From the NCBI RefSeq assembly GCF_018350175.1, contig NC_058368.1, positions 99,388,001-99,452,000 of the forward strand: a stretch of 64,000 nt of DNA. The letters are read 5' to 3'. The notes beneath the pieces are model-generated. The model saw only the letters and a program-made list of their open reading frames with translations, ran no database searches and was not told the origin of the DNA. Source of the stretch: Felis catus. Its lineage: Eukaryota. Of this stretch, positions 24,252-36,449 are shown in pieces. How positions within the stretch are numbered: position 1 is the stretch's first letter; each line of letters starts with the position of its first letter. A program made the translations under genes and the position numbers.

Positions 24252-24463
24252 GGGGGCGCCTGGGTAGCTCAGTCGGTTAAGTGTCCGACTTCAGCTCAGG
24301 TCATGATCTCGTGGTTTGGGAGTTGAAGCCCCACATTGGGCTCTGTGCTGACAGCTCAGAGCCTGGAGCCTGCTTCAGATCCTGTGTCTGCTTCTCTCCC
24401 TTCCCTCCTCTGTTTTCTCTCTATCTCACTCTCTCAAAAATAAATAAACATAAGAAAAAAAAA
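24252..24463 (+). mobile_element. CAN-SINE
   Basis: TSD ttaaactgtgatttt. Confidence 0.95.
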
Positions 24464-24662
24464 TTAAACTGTGATTTTCGGGTGGGGGACATTCTAGGCA
24501 AGATTAAAATTCATTAGGATGATCACATTAACTTTTATTAAAAATATTTCAAAGATGTTCACTACTAAAATAATACCATGGAAAATAAATGATATTATTT
24601 AATGATCTGGTTAATTTCATCATTTCGGGCAATCAACATGTGTTATTTTTTTAAATTAGTTT

Positions 24663-24884
24663 CTTTTTTTAATTTTTTTTTAACGTTTATTTATTTTTGA
24701 GACAGAGAGAGACAGAGCATGAACGGGGGAGGAGCAGAGAGAGAGGGAGACACAGAATCGGAAACAGGCTCCAGGCTCTGAGCCATCAGCCCAGAGCCCC
24801 ATGCGGGGCTCCAACTCACGGACCACGACATCGTGACCTGAGCTGAAGTCGGATGCTTAACCGACTGAGCCACGCAGGCACCCC
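24663..24884 (-). mobile_element. CAN-SINE (felid)
   Basis: TSD taaattagtttcttt. Confidence 0.95.
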
Positions 24885-25079
24885 TAAATTAGTTTCTTTA
24901 GATGATATACAATGTCACATTAATTTCAGATGTACAACATAGTGATTCAACATGTTTATACATTATGTTATACTCACCATAGATTATTTGCTCCCTACCT
25001 TGTACCACAGAAAGAAGACACTGGGACTGAGGTATATATAAAGTAATTTTCCCCAATACATTTGTCCTGTATTTGTTTG

Positions 25080-25420
25080 CCAAGCTGCCCGGACTCGGTT
25101 TTGCCCAGTAAATCTTTTGTCAGATCTGTCACAAGGTTTCTGGGAAAATGTTTCTTCCTGAATAAAAAGAGTATGTCTAAAGAGGGGCACTCTTTCAGCT
25201 ATATTCCTTTGATTGTCTTTTTTCCCTATGGTGGATGTAATCTTTAGGGCATTGGCATATATAGGACATATGTAGGACAACATTTAAGAATAAAACGCAT
25301 GTATATTGCAAATAGTAGAGCAGAAAGGCAGAGTGCTGGATCCTTGATCTTTTTGATGAGCTGTACCAAACCCAAAAAAAACCTACTTCTACATCAAAGT
25401 GTTGTCTTATAAACCACTCT
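25080..25420 (+). mobile_element. Old MaLR (MLT1-like) LTR fragment
   Basis: ttctgggaaaatgtttcttcctgaataaaaag...gcagaaagg...tggatccttgat...gagctg pattern. Confidence 0.5.
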
Positions 25421-25422
25421 TT

Positions 25423-25446
25423 TCTTTTTTAAGTGTATTTATTTAT

Positions 25447-25485
<39 letters not shown>

Positions 25486-25659
25486 TAGTACATGCATGTG
25501 CGCATGGTGTGGGAGAGGAGCAGAGAGCAAGGGGCAGACAGAGAATTCCAAGTAGGCTCTGCGCTGTCAGCATGGAGTCCAACCTGATGCCAGGAAATCA
25601 TGACCTGAGCCGAAATCAAGAGTCGGACACCTAACTGACAGAGACACCTAGGCATCCCC
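25423..25659 (-). mobile_element. CAN-SINE with (GA)n
   Basis: atgacctgagccgaaatcaagagtcggac...ctaggcatccc. Confidence 0.92.
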
Positions 25660-26214
25660 TTATAAACAGTTCTTATTTGTGCCTCCATTTTATCACAGCC
25701 TAAGGAATAAAATAATTTCTGTTAAACTCATTCTATAACTTCTTATTTATATTCCTTTCTTGGAGTACCTTTGGAAGCAATCTTCCACTTACTTGATTGG
25801 CATATTTAGCTACTATGAAAATAATTAAGAATTTTGTTGTTGCACAGGTATGCTCGGACTTGGATTTATGTAAGTTTTCATAGTTTTGATATTGTTACAT
25901 TTATTTATTCATGCCAAACTAATCGTGATGAGAGGTTTAATTTGCAGTTCCCTGATTACCAGCGTGATGAAACTTCCTTTCATATGTGCGTTGGCCTATT
26001 GTGTTTCTTTTCCAGTGAATTGCCCTTCATATTCTTTGCTCATTTTTTATTTACTTGTTATTTTGTTCTCACAGACTTCTTTGTATTCTTTACAGTTTAT
26101 AAATACATACATCAAACTTGTTAATATTTTACTCTTAAAATGCCCTTGCTTTTTGGTGCCTCATCAATAAAAATCTTTCTTCATTAACGTGATTAAAATA
26201 TTTTCTTCTTTTGG

Positions 26215-26730
26215 GAAAACATGGATGGAACTTGAAGGCATTGTGTTATGAAATAAGTCAGACAAGAAAGACAAATACTGTATGATCTTAAAACACACAC
26301 ACACAGCCAAGCTCATAGAAACAGAGAGTTTCTAGGGTTGGGGGGGGTGGTGAGTGGGGTAGAGGTATGAGATGGGTAGAGGCAGAGAGAGAAGGAGACA
26401 GAGACTCTGAAGCAGGCTCCTCACTGTCAGAGCAAATCTTGAAGTGGGGCTTAAACACGAACTGTGAGATCATGACCTGAGCTAAAGTCAGATGCTCAAC
26501 TGACTGAGCCACCCAGGTGACCTGACAATATTATATTTTATACTTGACAAAAGAGTAGATCTTGAATGTTCTCACCTCACCAAAACATTTTTTCGTGGCA
26601 GGTGATGGATGTGCTAACTAAGTTTTTGAGATAATCATTTTGCAATGTGTGTGTATATCAAATCATCCTATTGTATATCTTAAAGTTACACAGTGTTATA
26701 TGTCCGTTATATGTCACCAAAGCTGGAAAA
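26215..26730 (+). mobile_element. L1MA-type 3' UTR with antisense CAN-SINE at about 26340-26523
   Basis: acatggatggaacttgaaggcatt...aaataagtcagac; agagtagatcttgaatgttctcac...ataatcattttgcaatgt. Confidence 0.85.
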
Positions 26731-26810
26731 GATGAAGATCATATGGTCTCTATTGGATCCTCTTTCCTTCATGTTGAACTTATTTGGTACAACTAAATGT
26801 CATATTGCAG

Positions 26811-26894
26811 AGACATAATGAATAGTTTGGGTGATGATGGAAATAAGACACAAATATGGCAGAATGAATTTATCCCACGTGGGAAAAGATTCAG
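26811..26894 (+). pseudogene. Candidate exon (84 nt, phase 2-2)
   Basis: Acceptor catattgcag (weak tract), donor cag|gtaata; open DIMNSLGDDGNKTQIWQNEFIPRGKRF. Confidence 0.45.
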
Positions 26895-27472
26895 GTAATA
26901 TATTACAGATTGAAAACTTAAATCCATGCCATTGTTAAAAGTAAACTGGAGGAATAATGGAAGTAGAAAATTTTTCACAAGAAAGACTAATTACTATTGC
27001 TTGCTTGATTGATTTGGAAAAATGTTATTTTGTCTCATCAAATATTAGCAAGCAGGTCATTTGACTATACTTTAACGAGATGTTCTTTATACATTTGGAC
27101 ATATGATATTTCTCTTTGGGACTTTGACATTGCCAATAGCTCTTGCTTACACAGGGTTCTTTTATCATCTCTCTCGTTCTCGGGTTTCAGTATGAGACAC
27201 TGTGCAATGGTTTCGCCATGTGGCTGATCATGTCGCATACCAATTCACAGCTTTTTAAAGGCAGACAAACTTACTTCAACAATGATTACTAGTTTATTTC
27301 ATTGCTCGGATTACTTGAAAGATCTGGTTTGTTGTCCTTTTACAGATCAAATATTCTGTCTAAATCCCAATCGCATTAATGACTTATTTTCTAAATGTTA
27401 CATACTGTGTTGTGTATAAATACAACTTCACTTCAAAAGCCATTAACCTGAATTTTGAAATTCCTACTGTAG

Positions 27473-27514
27473 GACCGGAATAAAGCACCAGTATAAAGTA
27501 GAATGTGTTTTCAG
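27473..27514 (+). pseudogene. Candidate exon (42 nt, phase 2-2)
   Basis: Acceptor aattcctactgtag, donor cag|gtagct; open TGIKHQYKVECVF. Confidence 0.35.
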
Positions 27515-27906
27515 GTAGCTTGTTTCTCTACAGCCATCTCATTTTATTGCCTATAATTATTCCATGCTCATTGAAACCCACTGTTGGGTTTTTTCCATGC
27601 TTTTAACATGAGACCACAGCCCAGCCCTGGATATTTAGCATCTGATACTATAAGAGCACATGCACATAAACTCCTTTCCTACAAAACAGCTTATCTCTGA
27701 ATATCCTTGTCTTTCTCTTCTCAATCATGGTAGTAGAACTCGGCCTCTAAAGCCACTTACTTTTGGACAGAGTTTTTCTTTGTTGAAGTAGAATGTGTTT
27801 ATATTTTGTCTATTTTTGCGACATGTGTTTGCTATGTAGTGAAACACTAATATTAGCTGTTAAATTATAAAAGGAATCCATGAAGAGACATGGGATAGCG
27901 TAATTC

Positions 27907-28233
27907 CACTTGACCCTCAAACAACAAAAGGGTTGGAATATCAATCCCCTGCACAGTTGAAAATTTGTGTCTAACTTTTGACTCCCCCCAAATTTCACTA
28001 CTAATAACCTGTTGACCAGAAATCTTACCAGTAACATAAACAGTCAATTAACACATATTTTATGTAAGTATTATATACTGTATTCTTATAAGATTGTAAG
28101 CAAGAGCAAAGAAAATGTTAAGAAGTCATAAGGAAGAGAAAATGCATTTATAGTACTCTACTGTATTTATTGGAAAATAATCCACGTGTCATTGGACCCT
28201 CATTTCAAACCTATGTTGTTTAAGGGTCAACTG
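27907..28233. mobile_element. Tigger2-type MITE
   Basis: TIRs ca(c)ttgaccctcaaacaac ... gttgtttaagggtcaactg. Confidence 0.85.
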
Positions 28234-28409
28234 CAATAGCATATGTGACTGTGGATTTGCAAAAATATGAAAAACATTCTTGAAATAGGTATTTTCTAAA
28301 GTGTCAAGGGCATAAATATATTTATTTATATAAATATATTTGTATAGTATTTAATAATAAATAAATATATTTATTTATATACTTTTATTTATATAAATCA
28401 TACTTTTAG

Positions 28410-28448
28410 GGATATTATTTCACAAGGATCAAAGAATAAATCATGCAG
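28410..28448 (+). pseudogene. Candidate exon (39 nt)
   Basis: Acceptor catacttttag, donor cag|gtattt; open in two frames. Confidence 0.35.
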
Positions 28449-28644
28449 GTATTTGGTTTTCTTTTTACTTAACTGTGGAATTTTTAGAGTTGAAAGGTGC
28501 GCTTCTACGAACAAGTTGTCTCCAAACTTGGAATCTCTTCTAAATCTCTTATGAGACTGCAGATAAATAGATTTTTGTTGTTTTCCAAAAGATTATGATT
28601 TTATATGTCTAGGATATAGGAGTTCATATTTTTGCTTTTCCTTT

Positions 28645-28711
28645 TTACTATTATTATTATTTTTAATTTAGAGAGTGAGAGTGTGAACAGTGAAGAGGGG
28701 CAGAGGGAAAA

Positions 28712-28742
<31 letters not shown>

Positions 28743-28884
28743 CAGAGAGAGAGAGTAATTCTTAAGCAGTCTCCATGTTGAGCATGGAGCCCAAGGCAGG
28801 GCTTGATTCCACAACCTTGGGGTCATGACCTAAGCTGAAATCAAGAGCTTGGAGGCTCACTGACTGAGCCAACCCAGGTGCCCC
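28645..28884 (-). mobile_element. CAN-SINE with (GA)n
   Basis: TSD gagttcatattttt. Confidence 0.93.
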
Positions 28885-29566
28885 AAGAGTTCATATTTTT
28901 AATAAGCTTTCATTTGCAAACACCACTTTAGATTCCTTCTTTATCTCTCTCTAATACAAAAGTCTAAAGTGAGCTTTCAGAAAGCATTAAATTACAGCCA
29001 TTTGATATGGAGGCAGAACACAGGAGTGACTCTTTCTGATGAAGGCTGTCATTTATTTTTTCCTTCAGAGAGAAGCTTTATACACTGAGTTTTTGGACAT
29101 GTATTCATTGCAGCTTTGTAGTAAAGTAACAAAAAGGATGAAAAATCACCCTTTGATCAGGAATGTAATAAGAGTTGATAACAGCAGTCTGTTGCCTAAG
29201 TTATAAATGAATATCACTGTACCCATTATAGAAAATAGATATTACGTGATAATTATCTTCTAGTTCCCACTCTACCCCTGAATTCAGAAACGTTTGGCTA
29301 GCTTGGTAATGATAGTATAAGATAATAAAAAAGAACTGAACTCAAATAATTATATAATAATAATAAGATTAATGATATTAACTAATAATAATAGTTATTA
29401 CTCTTATGGTACAGTTGATGCTAGTTTGTCCTAAGAATTGACAGCATGGATAAGAATGAGGTGTTTTGTTGATTACATACTGGTATGTGATATTTAAACA
29501 TGAAAGATGGAGGGACTGCTGTAAATGCCAAAATGTAATACTATTTATTATGTGTTGTTTTCTCAG

Positions 29567-29698
29567 TGATAGAATATATATCCATCAGAAATAGAATCAT
29601 TGGACCTAACACATGCTTGCTTCTTCTGAAAGATCTTTTGAGAAACATGCATTCTGAGAAACATTTTTTAGAGAAATATATTCCAACAGTTCCCACAG
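29567..29698 (+). pseudogene. Candidate exon (132 nt, phase 1-1), fully open
   Basis: Acceptor tgtgttgttttctcag, donor cag|gtaaag; 43 stop-free codons IEYISIRNRIIGPNTCLLLLKDLLRNMHSEKHFLEKYIPTVPT. Confidence 0.6.
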
Positions 29699-29790
29699 GT
29701 AAAGTTGGCCTCAAGTTTTAAGGTATCAAGGAAATTAACAGATCTGTAGTATAAAAGTCTTCAGTATACATATTTTTTTCATGAGAGTTG

Positions 29791-29831
29791 ACCACACTCT
29801 GAGTTCATAGTTCATGAACTCAGAGTGTGGT
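29791..29831. repeat. Perfect 18-bp inverted repeat with 5-nt loop
   Basis: accacactctgagttcat-agttc-atgaactcagagtgtggt. Confidence 0.95.
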
Positions 29832-30539
29832 TTCATGTTAAGTGTCAGTCAAGGTTAAAATAAATGGCAAATTTGAGGCTAAGATACTATCTAGTTTTTG
29901 TGTTATTATTTGAGATTTTTATTAAGATATTTCCAAGTAAATAGAGTTAAAGAATCCCAATAACTATCTCAGTAAATATAGTTAAAGTTAAAGAATCCAA
30001 GGAAGATCTACAATATGTAAAGTGTTTGTAGCGGTAAATGTTTACTGACCTTCTAAGGTAAAAGCAGCTCTGATCTGTAGCATCTGCCAATTTGAGTGGT
30101 GTAAATACACTAACAGTGGCTGATGTCAACTTACTAGTTTTATGCCGCTGAACCTCAGGTTGGGAAGGGATACAGGATTAGCTCCACAACAGGTATCTTC
30201 CCAACTTCAGGAGTGGTGGGTATTACGGTGTTCCTTCTTGCATCTATCTCTTGGTGATGGAATGGAGATGGTAGTAGTAAGAAGCAGATGTCCGCTCCTC
30301 TTGCTTGACTGACTGTACCAAATTTGCTGAGCTCTTTCAGTTTGTTGTCATTTCTTCCCCATTTAGTGTTAACTAGAAGGTGGTTTCTTGTGGCAGCAGT
30401 CACTGAAGTGTTGATTCTTTTGAGATTATTTGTTTGTTCTTCTGGAACCTTCCTTGTTGCCAGAGATCTGTCTAACCTTTCTTCAAAGCTCTTCAAGTCA
30501 CCTTACTACCTCTGTCCTTTGCTACTGGTGATCCTTTGC

Positions 30540-30860
30540 ATAAGCTGACTTTTGCTCTATAACAAACCACTCTAAAAGTTAGTGACCTTATTGTTGTTTA
30601 TAGTTATTGTTATGTGGTTCTTCTCTATGAACAAATTTATCTAATCTCTGCTTGGCTAACTCTTGTATCTGTAGTCACCTGGCCAATGAGATAATCTGAA
30701 ACAACATTGCTCATGAGTTTTGAGGTTGATTAGTGAAGAACCAGAGATCTTATCCATGTGTTGTTGTTATTGTTTCATTTTCCAGAAAGTTAGATCAGGC
30801 TTGTTCACATGATCATTTAAATTTTTCAAGAACTGTGTGTACAAGAACTTTCCAGACTAA
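30540..30860 (-). mobile_element. Old MLT1-like LTR fragment
   Basis: ttttgctctataacaaaccactctaaaagttagtgacc...caggcttgttcacatg. Confidence 0.6.
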
Positions 30861-31056
30861 TGCTTCTTTAGGAAGATGCTACTTAGATATCTCATGCTTC
30901 TTTCCATATAAGTAAGCTCAAGAGAGGCATTTTTAGCAATGCAAAGGAACAGATAATGTTCTAGTTCTTACAATTTGGTAGTTTCTTCTGTGTTCACTCT
31001 TCCTCTTTAAATCCCTTAAATTTGTTGTATAATTTGTTGTATATGTGTTATTTTGT

Positions 31057-31777
31057 TGTCGTAGACTCTAAGTCTAAAGTTCTCTTTTGGCCAGCAAAAG
31101 AGTGGGATGCAGGATTAAAATGTGAGAGATGGTTAATGTCTGGGAAAAGACAAGAGCCCTGAATAAGGGTTTTTGCCCCGTATTTATTAAGATCAGAAGG
31201 CTTACAAATGTGATGGGTGTGCACAAAGAGACAAAGAAACTGGGAGCATTAACTTGGGGACTTGAGGGCAAAGGGGGTTTTGAAGACATATGGTGTTTGG
31301 GGTTTGGGTCAGTATAAAACAAAATTCTGGCACTGGGCAGATGGGTAGATGGTTGTTAATGGCAGACAGCAGGCCCCTTGTCTGTTTTTCTTAGATAAAC
31401 TAGAGTATAAGGCAGATAGGGGAAATAGCCTCAGGGTTAACAAGGCACCTTTTCTTTTGTTAATCATCTCCGCTCTGGGCTCCTTCACCTGCAGTGCAGG
31501 GGTCTATAGCCCAATTTACCTGTTTACCTAACTTGGTCTATCCTGTGAAAGCAGCTTTTTGCTATAGTACTAAATTGGGGGACACTTTTGCCCTGAATAC
31601 CTAATCTTGTTTATTTCATATACCTATGTATTGAGTGCCTTTGCACCCCTCTCTATTATGGGGTGCCTTATCTTGTTTACCCAAACTCAGGTGGGAGCAT
31701 CCTATGGATTTGTAATTCTTTATGTCTTGTTAAGCCATTGGTGTAAGCCCAGGAAATTGCTAAGCTTATTCCCCACA
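31057..31777 (-). mobile_element. Solo LTR of ERV2 (betaretrovirus-like) endogenous retrovirus, 721 bp
   Basis: Minus strand begins TGTGGGGA and ends CGACA; exact 6-bp TSD ttttgt (31051-31056, 31778-31783); antisense AATAAA at 31183-31188. Confidence 0.85.
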
Positions 31778-32382
31778 TTTTGTAAGATATATTTTAATAT
31801 ACACATTTTTTAAAAACATTGGTAACAGAAGAAATTTGCAGACCTATAAATTAAATAGACTGACTCATTTGGCACCTAGCACTCGTTAACGTTAGCAGTA
31901 TGAGAATTAATCAGTTACTCACTGAAAAATAATTGAAGACAAATAAGAGTGAAACAATAGATGTAAGAAAGTTGGACTCCTTTACAGAGAAAGTGCATGA
32001 CTAAAATTAAAGCTAGTAATATTTACCTTCCCAAATTCCTATTTTGTGTCTGATTGAATGAAATTAAACTGGAAATATACAAAAGAAAGATATCTAGGAA
32101 ATTTCCCCCCAATTTAAAATGAAATGGTACACTTATGAATTGCATATGGGTCCACAAGTATAGAGCAAATGTTTTGAATCAAATCCATAGAATGTCCTTA
32201 TTAGAAATATTAATCCTTTGTGTGGTTGCAAATAACTTTCTATTCAGGGCTTGTATTTTTACTGTGTGATATTTTTAATTTTAGTATAGTCTTCTCAGTC
32301 CTCTCACTTATGATCTGTGCTTTTGTGTCTTGATTAAACTATTTCCCTTTGTCCTAAAGTTTAGTAGACACTTCTAACCCAA

Positions 32383-32393
32383 TTTTTAAAAAT

Positions 32394-32440
<47 letters not shown>

Positions 32441-32617
32441 TTTTGAGAGAAAAGCATGGAAGAGGGGCAGAGATAGGAAAAGAGAGCGAACCTCAAGCAG
32501 GCTCCATGCTGTCAGCACAGAGCCCAACGTGGGCCTCAAACTCATGAACCATGAGATCATGACCTGAGCCAAAACTAAGAGTCGGATGCTTAATTGACTG
32601 GGCCACCCAGGCACCCC
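32383..32617 (-). mobile_element. CAN-SINE with (TTTA)n tail
   Basis: Antisense SINE ending ggccacccaggcacccc. Confidence 0.94.
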
Positions 32618-32644
32618 AAAGCCAAAGAATTTCTTATATTATTT

Positions 32645-32980
32645 CTAAGCCTCCTCCTTCTATATTATTCTCCATCTCAAATGATAGAAATGCTATCCTT
32701 TTATTTGGTCAACCTCCAAATTGTGGATTTATCTATGGCAACTCTCTTCCACTCACATTTCCCACTCAACATATCAGGAAATCCAGTCAACCTTCTCTCC
32801 AAAATATTTCCCAAGTTTGACATCTGTTATCTCCACTGTCATAACCTTGCTCTTGTTATCGCACTGAGACTAATACTATACCATCTCAACTTTTCTCCTG
32901 CTTCTCATCCCATTTATGTCAATATCTTCTCAACATAGCACACAGGGTGATAATTTAAATGCAAGTCACTCGTGTCACTC
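32645..32980 (+). mobile_element. L2 relic
   Basis: ccatctcaaatg...ctctcttccactcacatttcccac...ctccaaaatatttccc...tcttctcaacatagcacacagggtgataatttaaatgcaagtca. Confidence 0.7.
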
Positions 32981-33084
32981 TTTTTTTTTTTTTAACTGTG
33001 TCTCCTGTTTTCACTGTTGAAAAATTTTAACTATGTATTAAATTCTTTAAAATCTCTTGGGTAAATTCATTTTTTTAAACTTTA

Positions 33085-34340
33085 TTCTTGGCATAAAAAC
33101 AGAGAGATCAAATGGAACTGAATGAGGAGCCCAGAAATAAACCCACACATATATGGTCAATTAATTTATGACAGGGAAGCCAAGAATAGTCAGTGGGGAA
33201 AGGACAGTCTCTTCAATAAATGGTGCTGGGAAAACTGGATAACTAAATGCAAAAGAATAAAATTGGACCACTACTTACAGTATAGACAAAATTAACTCAA
33301 AATTGACTAAAGACTTGAAACTATAAAACTACTAGAAGAAAATGTAGGCTGTTCCCACTTTGGCACAGGTCTTGGCAATGACTTTTTTGGATCTGATGGC
33401 AAAAGCAAAGGTAACAAAAGCAAAAACAAACTATTGGGAATATATTATACTACAACGCTTTTGTACAGGAAAGAAAACAATTTTAAAAATGAGAAATTAA
33501 CCTATGGAATGGGAGAAAATATTTGTAATCCATGCATTTGAGAGTGGATTAATATCCAAAATATGTAAGGAACTCATACAGCTCAATTGCACAAAACCAA
33601 ACAGCTCAATTAAAACTGGGCAAAGGACATGAAAAGTCATTTTTTCAAAGGCATACAGATGGCCAGCATACATATGAAAAGCTGCCCAGCATCAATCATC
33701 ATTAGGGAAATGCAAATCAAAACCACAATGAGATAGCACTTCATACCTATTAGGGCGTCTGTTATCAAAAAACCAAGAAATAACAATTATGTTGAAGATA
33801 TGCACTGTTGATGGGAATGTTAATTGGTTCAGCCACGATGGAAAACAGTATGAAATTTTGTTAAGAATTTAAAAATACAACTATCATGTGATCCAGACAT
33901 CACACTTCCTGGTATATTTCCAAAGGAAACAAAATGATCTTGAAGAGATATATGCATTCCTATGTTTATTACAGTGTTATTCACAATAACCAAGGTAGAG
34001 AAACAAACTGAATGTCCATTGTTCATTGACAGATGAATGGATAAAGAAAATGTGGTATATGTATTTGCATTTATATATTTAAAACATCTACTCAGTGGAG
34101 TATTATTCATTTGTACAAAATAAGGAAATTGTGTCATTTGATACTGCATGGATGAATTTGGAAGGCGTTATGCTAAGTGAAATAAGCCAGACAGAGAAAG
34201 ACAAATACTGCATGGTATGAAATATTTGTGAAATCTTAAAAAAAAAAAAAAAGAAAAAAGAAAAAAAAAGGTCAAACTCACAAACAGAGAGCAGAGAATT
34301 AGAGAAATAGTTTGCCAGTGGGTAGAATAAATAGAGAAGT
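33085..34340 (+). mobile_element. L1 ORF2 C-terminus and 3' UTR (carnivore/L1MA-type)
   Basis: agcccagaaataaacccacac...ctcttcaataaatggtgctgggaaaactggata...gggaaatgcaaatcaaaaccacaatgagata. Confidence 0.92.
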
Positions 34341-34379
34341 TAGTAACAAGAGAAAGTCATTATTTTTCAGTCCATATTA

Positions 34380-35395
34380 ATAATTTTTCAAGGTATTTCT
34401 CCATTTGCATAGATTATAAGTTTATTGGCATAAAAATTTCTATAATATTCATTATATCATTTCATTGCCTGTGGCACTCGTGAAAATTACTGTTACCTTC
34501 TTTTCTTGTAATCAATTATAAGACAGATTTTTAAAAATATGTAATTATTTTTTAACAGAAATAATTTGTTTTGTTCATACTCTATATGTTGCATTAATTT
34601 CTCTGTTATTTTTGCTGTCCTTTTTCTATTTTCTATTTTAGCTTTTAATTTTTTCCTTTGTTATTCTAATAGAAGCATTGGAATCTTTGATTTTTCCTTC
34701 AAAACACTCTTTTAATGGCATTCCACAACTTTTATTGTGTCATATTGTTGTTAAAATGAAGTCCCAAATACTGTCTTACTATGTTAGTAATTTTCTTTTG
34801 GCCCAATAATTGTTTATAAATGGACTTATTAATTTACAGAAACACAGGAATGTTCTAGTTATATTTTAGCTGTTAATTTTTTTAATTAATTGCACTGTAG
34901 GCACAGGAAATTTTCTGTAACTTCAGTATTTGAAATTTATCGAGATTTGGTATGAATCAGTATACGGTATTTATAAATGTTTCATGAAGGCTTTAAAAAA
35001 TGTGTGTGTGGCATAAGTCTAGAGTATAGTGCTCTGTACATATCTATTAAGATGTTTGTTATTTACAGTCTTCAATATTTGTATATACTTAATGCACGTG
35101 GCCTTTTTATTTTGTAAGTTACTGAGAGATGTATTAAACATCTCCCAGTATAATTGTTGATTTGTTTTTTTTATATATTTATGTAATTTGTTTTCTTTTC
35201 TATATTTCATTTCTGGGTTATACACAATTTTTATATTTTTGGTAACTATATGTGTCTATTTATGAGACAATCATTTATATCTCAAACTTTTATCTAAAAT
35301 CTGTTGTATCTATAGTAATATAGCTACATCAACTCTTTTTAGTCAATTTGCATACCATATCATTACTATCTTTCCACCTTTTATATTTCTATATT
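34380..35395 (-). mobile_element. Old L1M fragment, antisense
   Basis: Degraded antisense ORF2 endonuclease-region text. Confidence 0.65.
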
Positions 35396-35528
35396 CTTTT
35401 TATTCTTTGTTTGTTTGTTTGTTTGTTTGTTTGTTTGAAGTAAGCTTTAAGGCCAATGTGGGGCTTGAACTCATGACCTTGAAATCAAAAGTGACATCCT
35501 CTACTGATTGAGCCAGCTGGACATCCCT
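35396..35528 (-). mobile_element. Short old CAN-SINE with (TTTG)n tail
   Basis: gggcttgaactcatgaccttgaaatcaa...tgagccagctggacatccc. Confidence 0.85.
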
Positions 35529-36449
35529 ATGTTTTACACTCTTTTCTTGATATTTGATGTATTCTTCATGAATCAGTGACATCAATGTGTGCATTCATTT
35601 AATTAGCTCTGTAACCTGTCTCCTTGTTCTATTTGCCTGCTTTTTGCCAAGCTCTCACTCTTATATTTGTAAGTCTTTAAATTTGGCAGCTGTTGTGTCC
35701 TCCAGTAGTGTTATTTTTCTTCAAGATTGACTTAGCAGAGCTTCTCCTCTGCCTGGGATGTAGAAAGCTGAAAAAGAAACTCACTCAGTTTTAACAAATG
35801 AGTAAAAGTTGGATGGTCTACAAAACCATAACTTTTATTGAGTCCATCAAAGTTGAAGGCAATCAAGGGAACTGAATTCCAAAAAATGACATAATCCTGT
35901 GAAGAAAGACAAGACATGAACCATTTCACCTTTGACAAATTATGGAAGGAAAAATTGGCTGCCATAGTTAGAGGGAAGAATAAATTATCTCAAACTTAAA
36001 TAAATTTCTAAAATTGAGTTTGGGCTACGACATCAGTTTAGAACAACTGGGTTTCCAGATACAAGGGTAGCTTGTAGACACACGTGCTTTTCTGCAAAGA
36101 CCTCCAGTAATTGTTCCAGAAAGAAAAATCTCTTGCTCCTGGGACCTTGTATCAATATAAAGAAGAGAGTTGGTACAGATGTGGGCAGAGAAAGGAAATT
36201 TATTCCTGCCCAATCCACTAGGCTTGAAAAACACAGAATGGTGGTCATGTACTGGAAAGGATTAGGAATGCCGGGACATTCCTCCCACCAACCACCACCA
36301 CCATTCCCAAGTGCACAGAACTTCCTAAGACTATGATCTGACAAAGAAACTGAGAATATTCTTTTGGCTTAAACAGAGTTATCCATGAATGGTACACAAC
36401 TGCAATTTGCTACTGGGGGATGGGCGAGAAGATTGTGAAGGCAGAAGCT

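Noticed and set aside
28311..28400. AT-rich quasi-palindromes (also about 57340-57445)
   Set aside because: Low-complexity A/T sequence is self-complementary by chance.
29069..29130. Exon candidate after strong acceptor tttttccttcag (REALYTEFLDMYSLQLCSK)
   Set aside because: Sequence resembles an old L1ME 3' region (atgtattcattgcagctttgt) and the donor is weak.
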